NCBI RefSeq assembly: GCF_009914755.1
Contig: NC_060925.1
Source of the DNA: the human T2T-CHM13v2.0 reference genome, Homo sapiens
Reading direction: 5' to 3' (one strand)
DNA length: 64,000 nt
Under the pieces are notes generated by a model. The model was given only the letters and a program-made list of their open reading frames with translations, did no database searches and was not told where the DNA came from. This document shows positions 16,948 through 64,000 of the stretch, piece after piece; position 1 is the stretch's first letter, and each line of letters begins with the position of its first letter. The translations under genes were made by a program, and so were the position numbers.

Positions 16948-17587
16948 GAAATCTTACATGAACAAGAAATTGGAAATACAATCACATCAAAGAACAAATT
17001 GTCACGGCTTTTGACGTTTAAGCCAAACAAATTTTGTAGGGCAGATTTCAAAAAGGTGTGAAGTTATAACAATTTAAAAACACAGTTAACCTACTTCTAG
17101 GAATGCAAAACATACAATCATAGGTTATTTTCAATACAAGAAAACTTAAATTTGTTTGCTTTAATTTCTTAAAACTACTAAGACAAAGCACTAGCTTGTA
17201 TTTTTATTTACAGCATACTCCATACTCCTATGTAATCTATCCCAAATCCAAAAAAATGAAACTGTCCAAAACCAAAGGTTCTGCAAAATCATGATTTAAC
17301 AGTGTGCCCAGCTTGTTTTGAAGCTAAAATGAAGCCTGAAACGATAAAAGCATTGTAATCCCCAGAATAAGGGAACTCTGCAAGCCCAATAATGTCCAAG
17401 AGCATTTATGAAAAGAGGAAAAATAAAAAGACTTGAGTATATACACAATAGTGATTTCTTCAGCCCAATACAAATGGCAGCAAAATGCTACTTAAAGATG
17501 AAACAGTTAAGCCAATTTTTTTTTTTGAAGAATGTAGATCTAGAGCCAATCGTATCTTGCCAGTATCATTTTCAAGCCCTTACTTGT

Positions 17588-48178
<30,591 letters not shown>

Positions 48179-51100
48179 TTTATTATGCTGCTGGAAAAAA
48201 TTCAGGAGCTATATTACATTAAGCCAGAAATAACTAGTTTGTAGGACAATGCATGATTTATCTAAACTAATTTGTATACATGCTGCTAATAACCTCTATC
48301 AAAATAATAATTTATTCCTCCTGTGATGTATCTGACCTAAATTGGCAATAATAATCCTGTAAAACCATAGAAAATGTACATGGAAGCATTAGATCTTTAA
48401 GGAACTTCATGTACACCAGGTAAGATACAGGCTTTAATTTACTGAAGGTAGAATTGCTGATTAACAAAAGCAGCTGTTCTGTCCTGGTGAAAAGATCAAA
48501 ATCACTACAAAATCCTTTACTAAAAAGCCCCTCAGCTCTCGGGTCTTACACAGTTTTAAAAAGTTTTGTTTTAAAAACAGAATGAACACCCACAGACCAC
48601 TTAATCAAGATTTAAGGACTTTCAAATTTTCCTGGCTCTGCTTCAAATACAGTATCGGTGTGAAATAAGTGCCCTGTTTTCTCTAGTTCAACATGCTGGT
48701 GGTTTGGGTTTTCTCCACCTAACAATACAAAACGAAAACAAAAAAAAACCAACTTGACATTAATTTTTGTTCTAAGATTAATTCGCTATTCCCACAGATT
48801 TAAAAGAAAAAATGACCAAGTTTAAAAGCGAAACAATTGTTTTCAGTCCAAATAAAATACTAAGTGAGCTATAGTTTAGGTTGCTTCTTAAAAAAAAAGA
48901 GTACATGTTGAAATTTTCATATCAGTAAAATAAAGATGTAAAAACATACTGAAGAATGGACAACTTCTTCCAAATATTTCAAAAACCGTTACCTAATTAG
49001 GCTAAACTTCAGCCAGATTTCTCAGATTAACCTATCAAAAATAATTTTGTACATTCAGCCTGTAGGTAATGCTGAAATGGACTGACTCCCTGAAGAGAGA
49101 GAGTAAACAATAAACCATACAAGGCCAGTCTGTGTACTGCCTCAAAAGACAGGGAATTAAAGTGCATTTGTCTGTGGTGAAATTACAATGTGATGAAGAT
49201 AATAGGCAGCAGAACAAGACATTGCAACACATACTAAATAAAAGACATAAAGGTGGATCTCAAGAAAAAGCCTACTTTTCTTGATGAAACTCAAGATACC
49301 TAGTCATCTATAAAGAAAATACAAGTCTCCTACAAAGTACTAAGACACATAAGATAACCACACTTCCCGACAGCTTATCGAACATTGTGCAAATGCACCA
49401 GGTGCAGTTTTCTGGCTTAAAACAACTTCTTTTCATTTCAAAGTCCACTGATACTTAGTTGAAGTTAACGAAAGAGGGAGGAAGACCAAGAGGGGAAGGA
49501 GGTAATAGAGAGTAGGAAGAAGAAGAAAATGCAAAGGATTACTCTGAAAATGAGATAAACATGACTCCTCACAATTACAAAACACTATTAAGACTCGATA
49601 GCCCTTAATAGACGCAGACTGTGGTTAAATTCTGGGTGGATGTTTCTCAAGACAAGCTTCAAATTCTGATGAACTAGCAAAAACGGAAACATTCGAAATG
49701 TCACACTTTTGATCAAGAAACTGTATTGTGTGAGATGAATACGTTTACTGATTAACACGACCTATTTCTATAAAGATGCATCCTAAAACACAAAATCTCC
49801 TTGCGAACATAAGGTTCTGTTTTCCCATGCTCCCCCATCCCCACATACTACCTTAAGATCATCAGAACTCAAAAGTTCTCAGTATCACAAGACCCTTACA
49901 GCATTGTACCTAGGAATACTATCAGTCACAGAAAAGAGGCAAATTTTTAACAGAAAAGTTCAATGAACATCTGTTAAGGTGGGGTTTTTAAGTATGTGTA
50001 AAGCAAAAAGACAAGTTGTGTATTAAGTACAAGACAGAAATATTTATGCCTACCATTTCATTGCAAAGGCTCTACAAGTTGATACTGAAATTGGTTAAAA
50101 TTTTCAAAAAAAGTTTGTAAATTTTAACAAAAAAACCGTAAAATAATTAGATTCCAGAAAATAAAACCTTCGGATCAAGGAAAGCCCTCTCTCTTCAAGC
50201 CAAATACAAAATGCTCATTTTGAAAAGACTTTTTATGTCATATGAGACCATTTGAAACTCATTCAAATGTGGCATTCAACACAATGCCACACAGCCAAAC
50301 CATATTTCTGGATGCAGCAAATATACTAACGTGACTGGAGTCATTTGATCTAAACATTTTTGCAAAAAAAAAGGAGACATTTAAAGATTTAAAAGGGCTG
50401 CTGGGAGATTCGGGATGTCAGCACTAACTCCTCCCTGACTTTTTCTGAACCTCTCTGTGCAAATTCTTCATATTAAGAGACGGGCTTTAAAAGAACCAAC
50501 GAAATGAGACTAACGGTTATCTCATGGCTTAGGAGTGTCGAGCTCTCATCCTACGACTGACTCATGAGACATCAATTCAGCCACTTGAGGACTGCAAAAA
50601 TCTCAAACAGGTAGTGTGAAAGGACTGAACCTTCCAAGAAGCCCTGGGCTTTTTTAAAAATTTGGCAATACGGCCACTACCGTGTAAGAAAAAGGATCGC
50701 CTTTCCAATTTGGTGCGCCTCTGACAGTCTCAGAATTATCCATTTCAGGCGCCGCTTGGAGCCTAAGTTCTACGGCCTCTAGTAGTCATTTTTTCCTTCA
50801 AATCTCAGCCCGCGGCATGCAGAATGTGGGAGGGGAGGGAGGCTTCCCACACAAATCGGCCTTTCGGTTTCTGCTCACACAAAACTTTTCTCCCGGCTCA
50901 GATAACCCTGGGATCTGCACCCCGCCTTCCGCCCCCCACCCCCATCCCCTCAGGCCCGTCCGGATCATCAGCACATCCCTCTCGGGCTAGGCCGGCCGCG
51001 GCGGGAGCGAAGCGGCTCCGGCGGGGAGAAGCGGCAGGGCCGCGGGCGCCTCAGGCCCTTCGCGGGATCCGGCCGCATGGAGCAGCGAGCGGAGGCGGGA

Positions 51101-51380
51101 AACGCACGGCCGGCCCCAGCAGGCCGCGCGGAGAGCGCCCAGCGGGCCGGACCGCGGGCTAGAGGGGCGGGGGGAGGAAGAGCGAGGGCGAGAAGCGTTT
51201 CGGCCGGGCTAGGCCCACAGCCGCGCGGCCGGACTAGACCGAAGCCGCCCCCAGCCCGTCCCCACCCCCACCCCGGGGCCTCGGAGCGCAAACGAAACGG
51301 GACCAGGCACGGAGCCCGGGCTGAGTCGGGTCGCATCGGGGCTCCCGGCCCCTCCCCCCACGGGCCGGCGCGAGACTCAC

Positions 51381-51451
51381 CAGGGCAGAGCGGGGGCCGG
51401 CAGCCGGGCCCGTGAGAATCAGCGCGAGGCGCTTTGAAAACGACTAGAAAT
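51381..51451 (-). other. HNRNPR: HNRNPR non-coding exon 1 (5' end approximate)
   Basis: Strong donor CTG|GTGAGT (GT at 51380-51379) inside the CpG island. Inr-consensus CCATTTC with A at 51451. No ATG in the exon. Confidence 0.8.
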
Positions 51452-51634
51452 GGCGCGCGCGCCACCCCCTCCCCCCCCGATGGACTGAGACGCGATCCCG
51501 GCAGCACGCGGGGTTTCCCGGAACTGCTTCCAGGGACTCCGAGCTACGGGGCAATCGCTTGGCGAGGCGGCCTGACAGGCAGCTCAGACGACCAGTAGTA
51601 TCCAGGCAAAACGGACCACGCCGGACGACTCGAG

Positions 51635-51710
51635 AGCCAATCGATGAAGCTGCCGGCTGAACCAATGAGGGTGCTCAGCGCCCCTGGCTGGGGCGCCTCC
51701 GGGGCGGGGG
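51635..51710 (+). promoter_or_regulatory. Two NF-Y CCAAT boxes (51637-51641, 51662-51666) and a GC box (51701-51709)
   Basis: AGCCAATCG and AACCAATGA match RRCCAATSR; GGGGCGGGG is the Sp/KLF motif. Confidence 0.6.
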
Positions 51711-52586
51711 CAGGCACACAAAGGGGTCTGTGGTGGAAGCCCTTGGTGGCTGCAAGGCTTGGGGGCGCTGGGTCCTGGGTGGACGAAGCTCCTCCCTCTT
51801 CGTCTGCCGCCGATGCGAGGCCGAAAATCTAGGCCTCGCGCCGCGTGGCCGCCTCCGGAGCCCCGCCCCCTATGGTCAGCACTGGCCCAGCTCCGCCATG
51901 GCGCTTGCGTCCCGCCACCGGCCGCCCTTAGCCCCCGAGTCCTCCCTCGCACCCCCGCGGCCGGCGTTCCCCCCAGACACGCCCATAGCCACGCGTTCGG
52001 GCCTCTTTCGGTCATCTTTTCGCCTCTAGTGAGCACACGATTTAAGGATGATTTGGCTCGTCATTTTGCTGAGGATTTTGTCTAGATAATCATTCCTTGG
52101 AACGATCGGAGAAATGCCTCTTTCCCTCCCTGGCTGCCGTCCACACATCGTTGGTGGCAGACTGTGAGGGAAATCGTTAAAATGACTCAAAAGCAATGTG
52201 TAACACAAGTGATAGAGCAGGGAGCTTTTCCCCACAGGGTTTGGAGCTACTTGATATTCATAAAATAAAGCAGCTATATACATCTCTGAAGCCAAAAGAG
52301 CCATGCAGGGGAAAGGGGTAATTCCCAAAGGACACTATAATTCGTGTTAGTCCTAAACCTATTTCTCACCTGCCATTCCTACTGATTTGTTCCCTGTCCT
52401 TAGTCCAAACCTGTCTCGTCTCATAGAAACCTTCCGAACTCACTTCTGTGGTGCAAGCGCTTTTTTCCCAACCCCAAACTCCAATGCCCCACCCTTAGGA
52501 AGTGGAGGAAGTCAAGCAGTGGTCTGCAGATTTCCAGATGCACTCAAGGATGATTAAATTTCTCAGAACCTACAAACCTATATTTA

Positions 52587-52900
<314 letters not shown>

Positions 52901-53004
52901 ATATTGAAAACGACTACTATGTGCCCAGTACCAAGTTAAATCTCTGGGTAGATCCAAGTTTTGTGTTATGGGGTGTGAGATTTACAGAAATGCTGGGAGT
53001 CTTA

Positions 53005-53360
53005 GGCCGGGCGCGGTGGCTCACGCCTGTAATTCCAGCACTTAGGGAGGCCGAAGTGGACGATCACTTGAGCACAGGAGTTCGAGACCAGCCTGGCCAA
53101 CATAGTGAAACCCCGTCTCTACTAAAAATACACAAATTAGCCGAGCGTGGTGGCGCGTGCATGTAATTCCAGCTACTTGAGAGGCTGAGGCAGGAGTATC
53201 GCTTGAACCCGGGAGGCGGAGGTTGCAGTAGCCGGGATTGCGCCATTGCACTCCAACCTGGGCGACAAGAGTGAAACTCCTTCTAGAAAGAAAGAGAGAA
53301 AGACAGAGAGAGAGAAGAAAAGGAAAGAAAAGGAAAAGAAAGGAAGAAGGAAAGAAAGAG
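53005..53360 (+). mobile_element. Alu with a long GA-rich tail
   Basis: TSD agaaatg(c/t)tgggagtctt. Confidence 0.9.
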
Positions 53361-53467
53361 AAATGTTGGGAGTCTTTAAGAAAAATCATATTAAATGACG
53401 AATACAAATTTAGGAACAGAGTCTTGGAAGGGCATTGTAAAAGTGAGGGAGGACCCCGAAGCTTAAC

Positions 53468-53611
53468 TTTTTTTTTTTAATAGAGACACGGGAGGTGCGG
53501 AGGGAATCTCGCTATGTTGCCCAGGCCGGTCTTGGCCGGTCTTGAATTCCTGGCCTCAAATGATCCTTCTGCTTCGGCCTCCCAAAGTGCTGAGATTACA
53601 GGCGCCCAGCC
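53468..53611 (-). mobile_element. Alu left monomer
   Basis: TSD gaagcttaa. Confidence 0.75.
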
Positions 53612-53654
53612 TGAAGCTTAAATTTTACTAGCTTCACATAAATCTGCCTCTAGC

Positions 53655-55030
<1,376 letters not shown>

Positions 55031-55044
55031 GGTCAGATATGTAA

Positions 55045-55341
<297 letters not shown>

Positions 55342-55557
55342 TAGATATGTAATTTAAAACGATTCTATCACCCAGTATTTTCTGGGATAATATTTCAAAT
55401 GTTCTGCTATGTAGTCATCAAAGGTATACTCCACATTTCAGACCATATGTCTTGATTTTTTTACTTGGAAAGAAAATTATTGTATAGATACAGATATTCA
55501 TGAATTCAATATTCCACAAATATGTATTGCATGCCTCTATATAAAAATCATGGAGTT

Positions 55558-57510
<1,953 letters not shown>

Positions 57511-57728
57511 ACTAGAATCATTTTTATTATTTTAAAACACTTTGCAAAATGGTGGAGTTCCAACTAAGATTGATCAGCACTTAAGCTGTTTGTCTTTCAT
57601 TTATACCTCCTAAGATGATGCTTCTTTTACAAAAATAAAATGCCATGTGGATGACTTGCAAATGGCTTATAGTTAGCTTACCTCAAGATCTTATTGCAGT
57701 GCCTGCCTTATCATTATTTTTTTAATAA

Positions 57729-58067
<339 letters not shown>

Positions 58068-58437
58068 TGAACTGGTCTATTGAATGCCCTTCTAGTTCTC
58101 AAATGTATCAAAGCCATTTTAAAATGAAAAGAAAGTGTATTTCCATTTTAGTGGCACTATTGCTACCATTTTTGAGCTCCTACTGTGTGTCGAGTGTTCC
58201 ACATATGCTATCGCTGATCCTTATATGGAACCTGCAACCTCAGTAATATTATCCCATTTTTTTGAGGAAATAGGCTTACAGAGATTGAAATGTTCGCTTA
58301 AAGGCACACCACACTCCTGAACCAAGACTCAAACACATGTCGTCTGTGTAACTCCAAAGCTACTTTACCGAGCAACTTTTCAATTATTGTCTCAGTGTTG
58401 GCAGATTCTTCTCTTGAAGGGACCAGTCAAGTAATCA

Positions 58438-59185
<748 letters not shown>

Positions 59186-59319
59186 TAAGTCCTCTTAGGA
59201 TTGTTAAATCCAATTTAAGAGTGCTGAACACTCAGTCACAACATTCTCTCACTCCACAACAGTGGAATTCCCTGGCAACTCTTCACCAGGACTTTGGTGC
59301 ACCCACTCACTGACAGTAA

Positions 59320-59645
<326 letters not shown>

Positions 59646-60087
59646 AGGGGGGGAGGGGGGAAGGGAGAAAGAGGCAACAGCAACAGCTGCAGCCTAATTC
59701 CATCAGTTGAATTCTAGGAGACTTGTACATAACTCCATTGAGTTCTCATTATTATCAGGCTTCCCTATAGACAGACAGAAGAGCCACATGCTGCAAATCT
59801 TTGGTGGAGGTGTTGCTGTGAGGTTTTCACTAAAATCTGGTAGAAATCTAAGATAAGTATTATTACTCATATTCAAATATACAAGTTGAATATACAGTTC
59901 CACAATTCAGATTCTGCAGGGATTGTGAGTCCTGTTCCCAATATCAGTGTAGTGTCATGGAGTAATTATAGCATTCAGTATAACTTGCATATGTTTTGAA
60001 AATTCAATAAAACAATAAGAATTGGTTATAAATAGATTGTGGATATAACTAAATTCTCACTACCCTAAAGTTAAAATATCCATTAGA

Positions 60088-60393
<306 letters not shown>

Positions 60394-60749
60394 ATCCATT
60401 CGAGGAGGGGGCAAGTGCTCTCTAATTATCATTAATGATAACAACACCTTGCACTTAACAGTTTTCCCCTGTAAATGAGTTTCAAGTACTGTATCTCATG
60501 AGATATCTCTGCTGCAGTTGAACATCTTAAAATGTGCCATGACCTTGGCTTGTGACTCTCCTCTCCTGGTTCTTCTCCGGACCCTGTAATACGTCCTTGT
60601 AGGTCCTCTCCTCTGCCCATCATTATCTGTTGGTGTTCCCAGGACTTCATCCCTGACAACTGTTCTCACATTGTGCCACGGTCATCTCATTCACTTGCAT
60701 GGTTTCACTACTACTACCATCTCCGTGCAGATACTAGCTATTCCCATCT

Positions 60750-61375
<626 letters not shown>

Positions 61376-61880
61376 TCCCATTTATTTATAGTACCACGTT
61401 TGGTCCTGAGCTCTGGATTCATATTTCCAACTGCCTGCTGGGCATATGAATATATGCTTGGATGTAACAGTTTCCTCAAACTAAATGACTATAAGATGAT
61501 TTTTATCTCCTACCGTGTGATCCCTTCCTCACTGAGCCCCACTCATAGCGACCCCCTGGTGGTGGTTTCTCCAGCATACCAACTGCTGCTTCAGCATCTT
61601 CACATTTGCTCTTCAATAAACTGAGTAGTTAGAACACTTACCCCAGATATCCTGATGTCTTAGTCAGAGATATGCTCAAACGCCACCTCTTTAGAGAGGT
61701 TTTCCATGACCACTTCCTCTAAAAGCAGTCTCTTTTATTTGTCTTCATTATGCTTGTTACCAGCTAACATTATACATGTCTTTGTTTATTGTCCCTCTCC
61801 CCAGAAAATAGAAATTCAACAAGGGCAGAATCTTTGTCTCATTCGGTTTTATACCAGGCACATAAGTTGGTGCTCAATGA

Positions 61881-62525
<645 letters not shown>

Positions 62526-62537
62526 TAAGTGACTTCA

Positions 62538-63308
<771 letters not shown>

Positions 63309-63359
63309 GAGTAGCTTGGTGTGGTGACAATCAGAAATATGAAGGGAATAAAGTTTATG

Positions 63360-64000
63360 TATATTCTCCTTATTTTATTGTTGCCTGCTTATTCTACGCC
63401 AAACATTTGCTGGGGGTTGAAGACACAATGGTGAGCAAGACAGTGACTTCTTCAAAGATATCAAAGTTTAATGGAGGAGACAAAAAAGTAAGCAGGCAAT
63501 TACAAAACAGGGATAAAGTGCTTTGATTGGGATAAACCCAGGAAAAACAGAAAAGGAACACCTGATCCAGTCTTATGGGATTGGGAAAGGTTTCCTAGAG
63601 CAAGTCAGGTATTTGACCTGAAGGCTGAGTAGGAGTTGGCCAGAAGAGTGGAGAGAGAGATGCAGCTTGGAGTGTGCAGGAAAGAGCAAGTGCAGGAAAA
63701 GAGGAGGGAACCAGAGCTGGGGAGAGCGGCAGAGGCCAGATCATGAATGACCTCCTCAGAAATCACACCAAAGGAGGTTCACTGTTTGCTGCTGGCAATG
63801 GGAAGCATGACAGGGCTTTACACAGAAGAGCGGCATGAAAGGATTTGCCTTTCAGAAAGATTGTTCTAGCAGAAAGGGAGAAAAGACTGACGGGAATCAA
63901 AATAGAAAAGAGGAGACTCATTAGGAGGTCGTTTCAGTAAGCGAGATATGGCCCAGTGATGGTCTGAATAATTGCTGCTAATAATTTGAGCCCCGTGATC
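63360..64000 (-). mobile_element. L2 LINE fragment
   Basis: Purine-rich; ctgggggttgaagacacaatggtgagcaagacag and ggcaatgggaagcatgacaggg resemble reverse L2. Confidence 0.55.

Larger units (their letters stand above)
11820..17587 (-). other. HNRNPR: HNRNPR long 3'UTR (~5.8 kb) with tandem poly(A) sites
   Basis: Repeat-free AT-rich block continuous from the stop codon to a well-formed distal poly(A) site. Confidence 0.75.
50690..52030. promoter_or_regulatory. CpG island promoter of HNRNPR
   Basis: Very GC- and CpG-dense, TATA-less, contains exon 1. Confidence 0.95.

Noticed and set aside
50824-52085. 100-179 aa Arg/Gly/Pro/Ala-rich ORFs
   Set aside because: Expected stop-poor frames in a CpG island; no recognisable domain.

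Overview
Human (primate) genomic DNA containing the complete HNRNPR gene (heterogeneous nuclear ribonucleoprotein R) on the minus strand. It has a CpG-island promoter (~50690-52030), a non-coding exon 1 (~51451-51381) and ten coding exons. I joined the coding exons by hand at GT-AG boundaries into 1902 nt = 633 aa + stop (acidic N-domain, 3 RRMs, Tyr/Gly-rich region, RGG box, Q/N tail). The AT-rich 3'UTR has proximal (~16.9 kb) and distal (~11.8 kb) poly(A) signals. The flanks and central introns are packed with Alus plus L1/L2/MIR/hAT relics, while two long Alu-free blocks cover the 3'UTR and introns 1-3. Most notable is a hidden splicing module in the 3'UTR: a donor 4 nt after the stop codon, a 92/161-nt cassette exon at 13548-13639/13708, and a spliced terminal exon at 11242-~10900 beyond the distal poly(A) site. 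Together these look like an NMD/APA autoregulatory switch. The cassette appears to be the frameshifted paralogue of the SYNCRIP hnRNP Q1 alternative last coding exon (from recalled sequence; needs alignment). Other observations include a TG alternative 3' splice site at exon 8, a 45-aa uORF whose stop overlaps the start of the N-truncated isoform (ATGA), junctions that regenerate 5' splice sites, and candidate poison/uORF exons in introns 1-2. Repeat coordinates are by eye (+/- ~10-20 nt).
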